Assembly: GCA_037447605.1 (NCBI GenBank)
Contig: CM074815.1
Coordinates: 496,001-560,000, forward strand
DNA from: Zygnema circumcarinatum SAG 698-1b
Lineage: Eukaryota > Plantae > Zygnematophyceae
DNA: 64,000 bases
Reading direction: 5' to 3'
Below, piece by piece: positions 37,237 to 57,905 of the stretch (position 1 is its first letter; each line of letters starts with the position of its first letter). A program made the translations under genes and the position numbers. The notes beneath the pieces were generated by a model that saw only the letters and a program-made list of their open reading frames with translations, did no database searches and had not been told where the DNA came from.

Positions 37237-39474
37237 ATGGAGGGAGAGGAGGGCGGCCAAGCGCGCGATACTCAATACGAGCGATGGCTGCAATCGTTGG
37301 AGGCCCAGTGGTCCTCTCTTCGGGAAACATTCGGAGACCAATTTTCAGAAGAAGAAATCGAACTGTTTTCGCAGCTGCGGAAATGGCGGAAGAAGGAGAT
37401 GGAGCACCGCCGTCCTGAGGAGGGGGCGGCTGTCGAATTAGCGGGAGTAAAACTGGTGGGTTTGCTTTTAAGGATGGCTGAGGATCAAGCCTCCGATTCC
37501 GCAGGATCGGTCAGCTTGAGGAGAGCCTATATGAAGTCTCTGCCTGTTTTTTTCAACCGGTCGGGTGACAGAATGTACAAGCTTGATCTCAACGGCTGCC
37601 ATTTGGGAGTCTTTCCACCATTGGAGAATTGGTCATCTTTAAGGATTCTTTGTGCACATGGCAACAATTTCAAGGTTATTCCCAAAATTGAGCTGCCGCA
37701 TCTCCAGACGTTGGACCTTGCCGACAACAAGATAGAAAAAATTATGGATCAAGAGATGCTAAGTAACCTGACTACCTTCATGGCGAGCAGCAATCAGCTT
37801 CGAGAATTTCCAGCGCCCATTCTTCAGTGGAGTGAACTAGTAGAGCTGAGGTTGGGGTCCAATCAGATCTCATGTTTGCCAGAGAGCATAGGCGAATTGA
37901 AGCACCTTCAGACTCTATGGCTGGACAATAATCGCTTGAGCTCGCTGCCGGCGGAAATTGGTCAACTTCGTCAACTTGAAATATTGTTCCTCAACGGAAA
38001 TGAGTTGACCTCGATCCCGGCCGAAATTTCATCTCTAGGGAAACTGGAAGTGCTATGGCTGAACTACAACCGCTTGAGCACTTTGCCGGTGGAAATTGGC
38101 CAACTTCGTCAACTCAAAGAATTACTCCTCATGAGAAATGAGCTGACCTCGATTCCGGCCGAAATTGCATCTCTAGGGAAACTGAAAGTGCTCGATGTGT
38201 GCGAAAACCCGCTCCTCACTTTGCCGACAGTGAAAAATGTTAGTCTCCTTACGACTCCTACGGGTGGAAGGGATTATTTCTTGTCAATGGGGATCAATTT
38301 TGATGCTAATTCGTCGCTTTATCGTCCGAAAGACCTCTCGTTGAAAGACAAGGCAGACTTGATTCACTGCGTTTCAGCAACATATCGTGAATTCGAGAAA
38401 CTTTTTGAAAAAGCAAAAAAGGGGTATGTGAGCAGCGCTGGGCACCGTGTCATCGACTATTACAACAAAAACATTTCCAAAATGTTGACAATGGAGGAAG
38501 CAGCGCTGCAGATGTTGGCTTGTTCATTGGTGTATTTGGATTTTAAATTGAGCACCTACCACGGCGACATCGAATTTAATGTGATAGAAAACGTCCGTTG
38601 TGAATCTGTGAGCTGTTATGCGGAGAAGTACGAAATAAATGACTCGATTGGGTACTCGGAAGGGTGTGTTGCCTTCCATTTGGTTCCACAAGGCGAGCAA
38701 GCAGGTCAGAAAGCCAACATTCTTTTGTTTCAAGGAACCAAACCCAAAGTGATGTTCCCTCCGACAGGCATAAAGGCAGACTTGAATTCACATGCAGTTG
38801 GGAAGAAAGTGTTCACAAGCGTGCAAGAGGAGTTACAAGAATGGATCAAGGAAGGACTGGAAAAGGACGGGGATGGCATCAAGTTGGTGATAACGGGACA
38901 CAGCCTCGGGGGGGCTTTGGCAACGCACGCATTTGCGAGCATTGAGGAGCCGCTCCATCGGCAAAACAATGTCAAACTGATCACCTTCAACGCTCCTGGC
39001 GTGGATGAAGACACCATTCGAAACAAAATGTGTGGTGGTGGAGTAGATGTAAACTTGATGAAGGGGAACATCTGTATGGTTCGTCACGAGTGGGATATTG
39101 TGCACTACGCAGGAAGGTTGCACCCTCCAGGAACTGTTCTATACACGAGGGATCTTGTGGATGAACCTTTAAGCTCCTTAAAGGAACTTGCCAAGTCCAA
39201 AGTCCCAGTCTTGGAGCAGTTGCGTGAATATCTACTGAGGTACTTTCGACCAGCCGCATCACCTCCCCCTCTTCAAGATCTAATGGAGGTAGTTTCCTAT
39301 GCGCACACGGTTCCGGCTTTCGTGTTCCGCCAAATGCATGGGCATAGGCTAGTGATCTCTAAGAGGGTGGAACACAATGAGGGTCATTTGCCCGATGGTC
39401 TCGGAAAGGTTTTCGAATATGTACGAAGTCTTCATGGAATTGGCTTTATCTTGGAACGATTGTTTTCAAATTAA
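37237..39474 (+). CDS. LRR - class 3 lipase fusion protein, copy 2 (745 aa); intronless CDS
   Basis: N-terminal helical region, irregular LRRs (LQTLDLADNKI, LVELRLGSNQISCLPESIGEL), two 46-aa doublets, then ILLFQGT, VITGHSLGGALA, HEWDIVH and YAHTV. Confidence 0.92.
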   Translation: MEGEEGGQARDTQYERWLQSLEAQWSSLRETFGDQFSEEEIELFSQLRKWRKKEMEHRRPEEGAAVELAGVKLVGLLLRMAEDQASDSAGSVSLRRAYMKSLPVFFNRSGDRMYKLDLNGCHLGVFPPLENWSSLRILCAHGNNFKVIPKIELPHLQTLDLADNKIEKIMDQEMLSNLTTFMASSNQLREFPAPILQWSELVELRLGSNQISCLPESIGELKHLQTLWLDNNRLSSLPAEIGQLRQLEILFLNGNELTSIPAEISSLGKLEVLWLNYNRLSTLPVEIGQLRQLKELLLMRNELTSIPAEIASLGKLKVLDVCENPLLTLPTVKNVSLLTTPTGGRDYFLSMGINFDANSSLYRPKDLSLKDKADLIHCVSATYREFEKLFEKAKKGYVSSAGHRVIDYYNKNISKMLTMEEAALQMLACSLVYLDFKLSTYHGDIEFNVIENVRCESVSCYAEKYEINDSIGYSEGCVAFHLVPQGEQAGQKANILLFQGTKPKVMFPPTGIKADLNSHAVGKKVFTSVQEELQEWIKEGLEKDGDGIKLVITGHSLGGALATHAFASIEEPLHRQNNVKLITFNAPGVDEDTIRNKMCGGGVDVNLMKGNICMVRHEWDIVHYAGRLHPPGTVLYTRDLVDEPLSSLKELAKSKVPVLEQLREYLLRYFRPAASPPPLQDLMEVVSYAHTVPAFVFRQMHGHRLVISKRVEHNEGHLPDGLGKVFEYVRSLHGIGFILERLFSN

Positions 39475-40019
39475 GATCGACTCTGGAAGCGTGGCAACTT
39501 TTGTATAGGTGGGCTACCTTTTACTAATGACTGATTAACTGAAGCTGATATTATTGATAGATTTGGAAAGTCAATGAGATTAGCTCATTTTTGGGCCATG
39601 GCGTTCAGTGGCTGTTTATCATGATGCTCTGTTGGATTGTGCCATTGTAACCTCTTTTCGCAGTCGAGTTTCTCTTTCAAAGACAACCTCCTCGCTATCG
39701 CTCGCCCTTGTTCTTCCCCCCCCCCTCTTTGCCTCACCCACTCTCTCCCCCTTCCCCTTTCCATCCCCAACTTTTACATGTTCCCTCTCTCTCAATCGCT
39801 AACCCATGGCTTACGCTTTCACTTTCTTCCCACCCTGAGCGTTGAGCGTTTGCAGGCCTCTTTCCCTAAACTGCATAGTAGACCGAGTCACACGCTTTCA
39901 TTTTGTCTCTGGAGAGTCTCCGTGTCATTCCTCCCTTTCCTACTCCTTTCTTTCCCTTGCTTCCCCTCTTCCTTCCCCTCCTTCGAGCTCTCCTCTCTCT
40001 CTCCACTATCTCCTACCCC

Positions 40020-40205
40020 TCTCTTACTTTCTCCAACTCTATATCTCTCTCTCTCTCGCTCTCACTCTCTTTGTGCAGAGACTAAGGGAGATCTTGAGCA
40101 CGCGAGTGGCAATTGGCCTCCAAGTGACCGACATTCCTTCGCAGTTTTTAGCAGAAAACTTTGGCAGTGAGCGGAATGGGTGGGGAGCTGTAGAAGGAGA
40201 GGAGG
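40020..40205 (+). pseudogene. Second duplicated fragment of NUFIP1 last intron/exon boundary
   Basis: ttgtgcagagactaagggagatcttgagcacgcgagtggcaattggcctccaagtgaccgacattcc is homologous to 8511-8600 and 27470-27590. Confidence 0.82.
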
Positions 40206-40963
40206 GAGGGAGTGAGAGAGTTCGGCGATGCGAAGGGGTCTTCCCTTTGAGGCCCCACTTGGGCACGAGGGTGAGTGGGGGCTGCGCACGAGGAGTTTTT
40301 TGGGGACCTTCGCGGCTGCTTCGAGGGAGGGCATGAAGCGTTGTTGTGCCTAGGCGTAGTTTTCCGCTCATAGCTTTTTTCTTTTGTGCTTGGGTCCTTT
40401 GCGACCTGTCCCTCGTGGTTCCCCACGCTGTTGCTTTTGTCCATGTACATTTAATGGCCTCGCCATCGTGAGTTCAATGACATTTCCCTCTTTATTTTGT
40501 TTTTTTATTATTTTTCTCTTATGATTTTAGATAGATAGTGATGATTTTGCCAATTTTTCTTGTTTTTTTCCATTTTTTTTTTGTGAATATTTTCAACTTG
40601 TAGAGAGAGTGGGAGTGAAGGCGGCTCACTTAGCAGAACAGAGAAAAATCTCCTTGGATGGGCAAACGAAAGGAAATTGTCAATAGTACATTATGATTGT
40701 AAATAGTACGTTGTTTCTTCAGCAGGCACAGACCAGTTGGCACACTGTGCACAATGCTGAAAAAAAAAGAGCAAAAGTAAAAAAAGGAAATGAGCGATGA
40801 ATGCAATGCAGCATTCAACAAATTCCAATTTGCTGTACATGTGAAGAAAACTCGATGCTTCCAAAACCTCAAGAGCCCATCAATTTTTGAACCCTCAAAA
40901 CCCGTCCAAAAAGGAGAAAAAATATAAGAAACAAAAGCCTGTACAGATGCATCCCCCCTGGAC

Positions 40964-48951
<7,988 letters not shown>

Positions 48952-49398
48952 GGCGGGGAGAGTCAGAGAGGGGAACCTTCAGCCTTCTCTCTCTCCCTCC
49001 CTCTCACTCTCTCTCTCTTCCTTCACTCCTTCCTCTCCTACTTTATGATGAGCAAGACAGCTGGTGCAGGCATTTGGTAGAGAAAAATTGAAGTAATCAA
49101 TTTTTTACAAAAAAAAAAATGAGAGTTACTGTAACCTCAATTTCTGCTGACTTTATCAGAATAAAGTTATGAGCAAAGCCGAAAAGGGGAAGGGCCAGCG
49201 CTGGTGAGTGCGCGTAGAGAAAAAGCATATGCGCACTCCCCCCCCCCTTTTTCCCCAAAAGCGAGTGTCGTATCGAGATATGTCCACAAAATCTTCCCCT
49301 TTATATCTTAAATATCGTATCGCAATATACTCGCACATTCAATTCATAGGTATATCGTAAAGTATCGTATCGAGGTATGTCTTTCTAATTCAATATGA

Positions 49399-49563
49399 CG
49401 ATATATCATTTCCGTATCGCGATGTATCGTCATATCATTTCATTCCGTATCGCGATGTATCGTCATATCATTTCATTCCGTATCGCGATGTATCGTCATA
49501 TCATTTCATTCCTTATCGCGATGTATCGTCATATCATTTCATTCCGTATCGCGATGTATCGTC
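49399..49563. repeat. 33-bp minisatellite, about 5 copies
   Basis: atatcatttcattccgtatcgcgatgtatcgtc repeated (IAMYRHIISFR periodicity in the ORF track). Confidence 0.9.
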
Positions 49564-50159
49564 AGACCCTGTCCATGTCCATGGTGCATCCATCCATTCA
49601 TGGCCGCCTGCCCTGGGAAGGCGGTCCTCTGTAGGACGGTACTGTGACAAAGTGAGCAGTGCCGCAATCGATTGTTTTGGGGAACTTGGTGCCCAGCATC
49701 CATCACCTTTCATTGGGTCAGGAATTGGTGGGACAAAAAAACTTGCAAGCTCTTTGATGGCAGTGAAAAAAAAACTCGGAGTCCCAAAACAAAAAAAAAT
49801 GAATGCGCAGGTCATTAAACCTGGTTCACAATACAGCAGGTTCTAAGCCAAAGGGGGGGGGTTGCTCTGTTCTTTTTTTTTTTTTTTGTATTCTTGACTG
49901 GTAACGGAACACGTGCTTTGAATGAGCCCTTCCATTGAGTTTACAACAAATGGAACTACAGCTCCTCTAAGTAGAACAAGTTGTACTAAACCACAATTTC
50001 CAACTTGTTTACAACTCACCTTACGTAAAGCATCTGCAAAAGCTGAAGCTAATTTACATTACTTTCTTACAAAAGAAATAAGTAAAATCTCGATGCACCA
50101 CTTTTTCTTCCTCTCATTCTCTGTTTCTCCCCAATTTCTTATATTTTGTTCCTTAGATT

Positions 50160-51424
50160 TCAACTTGAAGGCCCCGAGTGCTTGTTCAGCTGTCTCGGCC
50201 AATAGCAGCCGAACACGTCAGGCTGGCCGTACACCCGGTCCCATGCCCATGGGACATCTGTGGGCCACAACAGTTATTGTTCCGTTAGAGCCACCTCAAT
50301 CAAACCAAGTAATCTTCACATCTCCAAGTAAGTAATCTTCACACCTCAAACTAAGTAATCTTCACACCTCAAACTAAGTAGTCTTCACACCTCAAACTAA
50401 GTAATCTTCACACCTCAAACTAAGTAGTCTTCACACCTCAAACTAAGTAATCTTCACACCTCAAACTAAGTAGTCTTCACACCTCAAACTAAGTAATTCT
50501 CACACCTCAAACTAAATAATCTTCACACCTCAAACTAAGGTGTGAAAATTACTTTATTTGAGATGTGAAGATAACTTAGTTTGAGGTGTCAAAATACTTA
50601 GTTTGAGGTGTGAAGATTAATTAGTTTGAGGTGTGAAGATAACTTAGTTTGAGGTGTCAAAATACTTAGTTTGAGGTGTGAAGATTACTTAGTTTCACGC
50701 CAGTTTCACACCAACAGAAGGACATTCAGACATTCATTCGCCTTCCAATTCTTTCTAAGGGTTAGAATTCTCAAAAGGTTTTAGAAATTACCTTGCGGAC
50801 CATAGGGAGTTGGCGGAATGGAATATGGCAGAGGTACATACACAACCCTCCTCCCATCTTGGTTGGCTCCTCTCCCTTCTCCCCTCCAATCGAAGGCGAC
50901 CAACTCAACTTCATCTCCTCCCTCCCCCCCGTTCTCTCTCTCTCTCTCGCCACTCCCACTGTTGTGAGAGAGGGGCCTCTCAATGACTGGTCCCTTTGGG
51001 GGCGTGCAGGAAAATTTTGGGCTGCCCAAGTATCTTGATATGAGGGATGGCAGGAAAAGGACTCCAAGCTGTAAATAATAGATAGCCAATAGGAGCCTCT
51101 CAAGATTAGGGTTACAAAAAAACTTGCTCAGTTTGCTTTAATTTTATATAATCTGAGAGAGACAACGGGACCAATTTTCACGTCGTTTGATGTGATGCTC
51201 AGATCTGATCCTCTATGCGACTCTGACTGTAGATGGGTGGAGGTTTTATATGTCCCACATAGGAAGGTGATAGGAAGGAGAAGGTAGGCTTTCATTCTGA
51301 AAGAAATTACTCACTTCATAGGACCGAACCATGAGCTGTTCACCATTCTTCTGAAGACTTCCCCAAGCAGCCTTGCTTAAGTTGCTGGATGTCAGGAGAA
51401 TCCATCTGATTAACACACAGGGGA

Positions 51425-51455
<31 letters not shown>

Positions 51456-52365
51456 AAGAAGGGGGAAGGGGGGGGAGGGGGGAGAGGAGAAAGGAGGAGG
51501 GAGGTTATGCGGAACGGAGAGAAGAGAGGAGAAAAGTGGAGAGGGGACAGGAATAGAGAGAAGAGAGGGACGAGACAAAGAGGCAGAGAGGCAGACGGAG
51601 AGAGAGAGAGAGAGAGAAAGAAAGAGTGAGAGAGAGAGAGGCAAAAGAGCAGTTAGAGCCGGTAAATCATGAGTTCTCAAACCTAATTCAGCAAACCCTA
51701 ACTTTCCCAATGATGCCACAAAACGCCAAAACTCACGCCAGCTGTCGGCCTCTGTGACGCACAAATGTCTTAATGTGAGGCATCGCCCTCGCCCTTCCGG
51801 AATGTTCCGCCTGCCACGTGGACCAATAGGAAGCCAGAAACTCCTTTTCCACATTTTTCTCGGGGCCGCATATTGAGCCTCCCGCTGAGTATCCCTCGAG
51901 CGAGTTCCGAACATCCTCGACCGTCGGCCAGACCAATCGGACGCTGCAGGGAGCGCCAAGTGGCGCGCCGCCATTGGTTTGGCCGGCGCTAAGGGAAACC
52001 TTGAGCTCTTCCAACCACTTCTTGTCAAGAGAACCAAGGGAAGAAAACTGCCCTCCACCACAGGAAATGGACAATGCAATGACTGAGAGTGAGATTAGTG
52101 TGAGAGTGGGAGTAGGTAGGGAGAGAGAGAGAGGGGAGAGGGAGAGAGGGAGATATGGGAGGGAGAGAGAGAGAGAGAGAAAGAGAGAAAAAAAGAGAGA
52201 GAGAGGGGAGAGGGAGAGAGGGAGATATGGGAGGGAAAAGAGAGAGAGAGGGGAGAGGGAGAGAGGGAGATATGGGAGGGAGAGAGAGAGAGAGAGAGCG
52301 AGAAAGAGAGAAAAAAAGAGAGAGAGAGAGAGGGGAGAGGGAAAGAGGGAGATATGCAAGGGAGG

Positions 52366-52405
<40 letters not shown>

Positions 52406-55400
52406 TAAAGAGGGAGAGAGAGGAGGTCCTCTGTTCATACCTGGTATAGAAGGGGAGATCCGGCAAAGTCTGCAGAAAAGGCTCTCTCCTCCCCTAACAC
52501 TGCTCTCATTTTCATGTGTCCCCAAGACTTCAAATTTCGGCCAGAATGATACCCGGGAACCGACCCAATAAGTCGAACCTGAAAACGAAATAAAAAAGGA
52601 AACGACCAATATTCAGTATCCATTCAACGGAAGGTGGCTAAATTAGCCCTAAAACTAGCATACAAAAAGTAGAGTATTGACGATCATATGCTTTCAAGTT
52701 TCTTCTCTCTTAAAGGACGGCAGAAAAAGGAGGAAGGCTGAGGGTCTCACTGCAGCATTGCTGTAATCAAATTTCCGCAGAAAAGCGGAATTTAATCGGA
52801 CGGAATTTTCTGACGGAATTTGCAGAGAGCAGCCGGGCCATTTTAGGGCTTCGAAATATTTCACCAAATCATCTTCAAACATTCGATCTTCTCCTTCATT
52901 TCCAGCTTCATTTTTTGTCTTTAGCGGAAAGTCTTGCATCCACAGCCCTTGGGTTTTGTTGTTCCAGTCGATGTGAATCAAATTTGCAGTGTGAATAATC
53001 ACTCGAATTCCGGTTTCGTATCCGAGAATGAAAAATTTTGAATGGTGAGTCCCATAAGAAATGGGCAGCGGCGGAGAGAAAAGGACCCATGATGTGGGTT
53101 TTTGCTCCTACGGAAGTTCAGAAAAATCTTATAAAGTAATGTGAGCAACATACCTTATTATCTTATTAGCTGTTGTCTTTGGGGGGTGGATAACGTTGTT
53201 TCAGAGATTTGATATAAAAAAAAGGAAAGAAGCATTCATTTGCGTGTATTTATCAATATTCAACAATCAATAATCAATAATCAATAATCAATAATCAATA
53301 ATCAGATTATTCTCTGGGTGACTAGAAAGAACAGTACCTCCAATTCTTTAGCTGATATTCCTTTTTCTCCATGTATGAGTACAACCCTCCGCACTCGTTT
53401 CAGTAAAGGACAAGCTGCACATCAAGCGGTGGAAACAGCTGGAGGAAAATCGATTCGAAATGAGTTCAAAAGTCTGCATTTAAAATTCTCCGAAAAGTGT
53501 AAACAAACAACGAAGTCTCCTAGACAGGGTTTTCTTGTCCTATGCATCCGATCTTCATGTTTGCTTTTTTCAGGTCTCTCTCCCTCCTCCTCTCCCTCCC
53601 CCTCTCACTCTCTCTCTCTGCCTCCCTCTCTCTCTCCCCCCCCCTCGCCCTCTCTCTCCCTTTCTTGTAAAAACATCTCGGTTTGGTCGGTTCTAGAAGG
53701 CAAAAACGAAATTCCTAGAGTAGGAAGAAACACTCGAAAACAATTAACCTAGTAAGAGAATTTAAACAAAGGAGAAAAAGAGTGGTTTTCGTGTTTGAGC
53801 TTAATTCCAACAAGATACCTGATAGCAGCCAAGGGAGGTCCACCATGTAGTTAGAAATTATGGCCCACTGCACATCCCCCTGAACCCCCCCCCTCCTCCC
53901 CCTCCTGTGAGTTGCAATATTCGACGAAGTTGCAAGTTTGCTATTAAGTTTTTGAGTTTTTTAAACACACCCTCACTCGTATTCATCTCCAACATGTTTC
54001 AGAGCCTCCTCGGCAAACTATGCAAGCATTTATACATGTATGGATGTGTGTATGGACGAGAATTCCAACACTAGGCATGGCTGAGATTTCGAATAAAGAA
54101 TAGAGAGAATTCAAAATGCGTTAAGTGAGAAGATGATTCTCTCACCTCAACAACATCCGTGAGTCCAACACTGCCCTCATTGGCCGGATGGGGCACATGC
54201 TGAGTTCTGAGGAGGCGCCACGTGGCACTTCCATCGCGACCAACGGAGATTTCTCCACCCATAGATCTCCTGTTAGACTTGTGCTCCGACTTAGGGTTTT
54301 CCGGACAGAGAAGCTGCACGTTGCACAAAACCACATTTTGAAACTTGTATGAGTGATGCTTTTAGAAACATGCAGGACATTCCAAATAAGCAGGTCAGCT
54401 AAACACAGATCCAAACGAGTCGAGGGAGGGAGGGAGGGAGGGAGGGAGGGAGGGAGGGAGGNNNNNNNNNNGGAGGGAGGGAGGGAGAGAGGGAGTCGGT
54501 CGGATAAACTGGCAACATACCTCCTTAGAAGGCTGCGGATCCCCTGCAGATTCGATTAACCGCTGTCTCTTACTAGCCCTGTCCTCTTCCACCTTCCTCT
54601 CTTCTCCCTCCCCCCTGTTCTCTCCCTCCTCTCTCACCTCTCCCTCCCTCTCATCCCCTTCCTCCCATGTTTGCCCGTTCATGGTTTTTCTAATTGACGT
54701 GGAACCTACTGCAGTTTCCAAACTTTCCACGTTCTTTGCTTCCTGAGCTGCTAGGGCTTCTCTCTCCCTCGCATTAAGATCAGACTCTGTTCCATACACG
54801 ACTGAAGTAATTGTATAACGGAACGGAAGTTTTCCAGGAAGCCACTCCAGGGTTTCGCCTTCTCTCAAACTCGCTGTTTCGGAAGGATTCAGTCGCCGCC
54901 TAAGCAAAGCCTTAGAAACTATGGCAACCGGGTTTTGTCCTCTCTGTTTCCAAAGAAAACACCAAAAGAAAACCAAATTTACGAAGGGCGGGAGCGAGGG
55001 GGGGGGGGGGGGGGGGGGGGGGGNNNNNNNNNNTGGGGGGGTGAGGGAGAGGAGGGGAGGTGGAGGAGGGGGGAAATAGAGAGATCGGGTGAGATAAAAA
55101 TAAGTAAAGTATAAGACGTGGATAAATAAAGCTGGCACATGTTTAGCGACATGATTTCCCTTAATCAATGCATGAAGAGCTTAAGCCAACAGAGAACATT
55201 TTCTTACCACTGTGACTCGCACATTTGTTGGATCTTGGACATGCACCTCGACATGCTCTCTGCTCACATTCACATTTGTAACAGGAAGGTGTCGACGTCC
55301 CAAAAGATTGACTCCTTGAAAAAGCGGAATGCTCTGCATGGCATTGTCGGGTAGACCTTCGGAAGTGAGGGGAAGAAGAAGGCCTACCTGCTTCTGCCCA

Positions 55401-55617
55401 AAATATAACCCACGCAGCCATTCAGCAACATGTAAAATTAATATAGAAGCATCAGTGTGTACCTCCACAGATTTGGCACGTGATCTGAAGGTCCTTGTTT
55501 CTTGGTTCTCGATAACTGCCTTCATGTTCATGCGTCTTTCATTCATAATTCAATATCATTGTTTGCAATAGGTCACTATACCAGATGGCAATTCACCTGC
55601 CGCCGCTGTCGGTTCAT
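50160..55617 (-). CDS. TDP1: Tyrosyl-DNA phosphodiesterase 1 with N-terminal FHA domain, 12 exons
   Basis: Exons 55597-55617, 55208-55393, 54521-54943, 54146-54313, 53819-53879, 53338-53414, 52751-53107, 52441-52578, 51737-52047, 51315-51405, 50792-51068, 50160-50257. FHA: GVNLLGR..VSREH. Catalytic motifs: YGTHHSK..HTANL and [18 protein letters not shown]. Also SYELGVLF and VPWAWD. Confidence 0.95.
50302..50695. repeat. Palindromic array of 23-bp units in the last TDP1 intron
   Basis: aagtaatcttcacacctcaaact repeated about 10 times (50302-50537), immediately followed by its reverse complement about 7 times (50538-50695). Confidence 0.9.
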
Positions 55618-56141
55618 TTTTTTTTCTCCTCCCCTTATAATTTGGTTTAAACTTAGATTCCTCAGAAAAAAAAAAGGAGTTCGCGGCGTTTGTATGAGTG
55701 GGAGGAGGAGTTGGGGGAGAGGCTCACTCTCATCATAGGCAGGAGCTGCAAAAACACCGAATCCTTTGTTTGGTAAAAAGGGAGAGGGAGAGGGAAAGGA
55801 AGAGGGAGAGAGCAAGGACGAGGGAGAGGAGAGTCAGTGAGTGGGAGAAGTGGGGAGAGAGAGGGAGAGGGAGAGGAAGAGGGAGAGAGAAAGTAAGAGG
55901 GAGAGGAGGCAGAGAGAGAGAGAGGGGGGGGGGAGAGAGGGAGAGGGAGAGGAAGAGGGAGAGAGCAAGCAAGGAGAGGAGAGGCAGAGAGAGAGAAAGA
56001 GGGAGTAGAGGTATGCGTGCAGTGTAGAATTGCCAGCACGGGCCCTCCCCGTTCTGGCAAGGGAGGACGTGACCAAATTGAGCAATTCAAATCGGGACCA
56101 AAAAGAAATATAATTCTTGGATGGCTTCTAAAGCCTAGGTA

Positions 56142-56348
56142 CAGTAGACCCCCCCAATATTTTCGCCATGGTTTCGGCAAATATTGGGCGAAAATATTGG
56201 GTAGCGAAAATATAAGGGTGCGTGTTAACAATAGGCGGGCAGTATTATATTAAAAAGTGGTTTTGGCAAATTCAGGGCGAAAATATTGGGGAGCGAAAAT
56301 ATTGGGGAGCGAAAATAAGAGGGGCGAAAATATTGGGGGGGTCTACTG
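56142..56348. mobile_element. Tc1/mariner-type MITE (207 bp); partial relatives at 58814-58918 and ~29002-29102
   Basis: TIRs CAGTAGACCCCCCCAATATTTTCGCC / GGCGAAAATATTGGGGGGTCTACTG with TA on both sides. Confidence 0.88.
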
Positions 56349-56756
56349 TACGCATTCCGGTACGGCTAGGTTCGGCGGAGCGGCGGATCCCAATCCGAAA
56401 TGCGCCCAAAAAAAGAGACTTTTCGTATACTGAATTCAGGAATTTCGTACGCGCCGCGCTGTCTGACCCCCCCCTCATGATAGTACGGAAAAATAAGAAA
56501 GTGTGTTACGGAAAGTACGGTCCTCAGCTGTGCTTGTAGTTGGCCACCGTGACCGGCCGTGACGGGGGCAAGCGTGACGTGATATGGGGCATGAACTGTA
56601 CGGACGGGAGGTCGCGGCCACGGGGGTTCACGGGCGGGCAGGGCCGGTCGCGAGGGGCCGGGAGGCGGCCCGCGGCCCCAAACCCTAGCTCGGGGCTGAG
56701 GGAACCCGGCCGGGCCTGAATACGAGGCCGAGAAAGAGCGAGGTTTCATCAGAAAA

Positions 56757-57548
56757 CCGAGGGAGAGGGAGTGTGGGAGGGGGAGAGGAGGGGAGAGGGG
56801 GAGGCGGGGGTGGGGTTGGGGGTTGAGGAGGGGAGAGGGGGAGAGGGAGTGTGGGAGGAGGAGATAGGGAGAGGCGGGGTTGGGGGTGGGGGAGGGGAGA
56901 GGAGGGGATTGGGCTAGACGGGGGTGGGGGTGGGGGTTGAGGAGGGGAGAGGGGGAGAGGGAGTGTGGGAGGGGGAGAGAGGGATAGGAGGGGAGAGGGA
57001 GATGTGGGGGTGGGGGTGGGGGTGGGCGAGGGGAGAGGAGGGGAGCGGAAGAGGCGGGGGTGGGGTTTGAGGAGGGGAGAGGGGGTGAGGGAGTGTGGGA
57101 GGAGGAGAGAGGGAGAGGAGGGGAGAGGGAGAGGCGGGGGTGGGGGTGGGGGTTGAGGAGGGGAGAGGGGGAGAGGGAGTGTGGGAGGGGGACAGAGGGA
57201 GAGGCGGGGGTGGGGTTGGGGGAGGGTAGAGGAGGGGAGAGGGAGAGGCGGAGGTGGGGGTGGTGGTTGATGAGGGGAGAGGGGGAGAGGGAGTGTGGGA
57301 GAGGAAGAGGGGGAGAGGAGGGGAGAGGGGGAGAGGGGGAGAGGGGGAGAGGGAGTGTGGGAGGGAGGGGGAGAGAGGGAGAGGCGGGGGTGGGGGTCGG
57401 GGAGGGGAGAGGGGGCGAGGGAGTGTGGGAGGGGGAGAGAGGGAGAGGCGGGGGCGGGGGTGGGGGAGGGGAGAGGAGGAGAGCGGGAGAGGCGGGGGTG
57501 GGGGTGGGGGTTGAGGAGGGGAGAGGGGGAGAGGGAGTGTGGGAGGGG
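56757..57548. repeat. G-rich imperfect tandem repeat
   Basis: Recurring gggagagggagtgtgggagg...gaggcgggggtgggggtgggggttgagg units. Confidence 0.85.
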
Positions 57549-57549
57549 T

Positions 57550-57905
57550 AACGATGACCAGCTCTCTAATGTCGGAATGTCATGCAAATGGCAGCCGTTG
57601 CGATCAAGTTCTAAAATCCCGTTCCGTTAAAGCTCGAAAAATTTGGTAGAGCCTGCAGAAAGGCTCTCCTCAAGCTGAGAGTTCAGCTTCAGGACGGCGG
57701 TGAGGCTATGTTTGCGTCCGCGTCGTTGACAGCCTCCTCCTCCTACATCTCCTTCTTCCGCCATTTCCGCAGCTCTGAGAACAGCTCGATTCCTTCTCCT
57801 AAGAAATGGTCTCCTAACGTATCCCGAAGAGAGGGCCACTGGGCCTCCGACGATCCCAGCCATTGCTTTTATTGAAAACAACGCGCTTGGCCGCCCTCCA
57901 ATCAC
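57550..57905 (-). pseudogene. Inverted 5' fragment of an LRR-lipase gene
   Basis: The minus strand reads ...caatggctgggatcgtcggaggcccagtgg...ggaatcgagctgttctcagagctgcggaaatggcggaagaaggagatgTAG...aacggctgccatttg. It is homologous to the N-terminus of copies 1-3, with a stop codon and indels, and is cut off by the G-rich tract. The conserved upstream motif is at 58100-58114. Confidence 0.85.

Noticed and set aside
24578-39474. Calling the LRR-lipases NLRs or EDS1 orthologues
   Set aside because: No P-loop/NB-ARC motifs, no recognisable EP domain, and the domain order is LRR before hydrolase.
56685-57630. Extensin/proline-rich or glycine-rich cell-wall protein
   Set aside because: Simple G-rich repeat with no signal peptide or splice structure.
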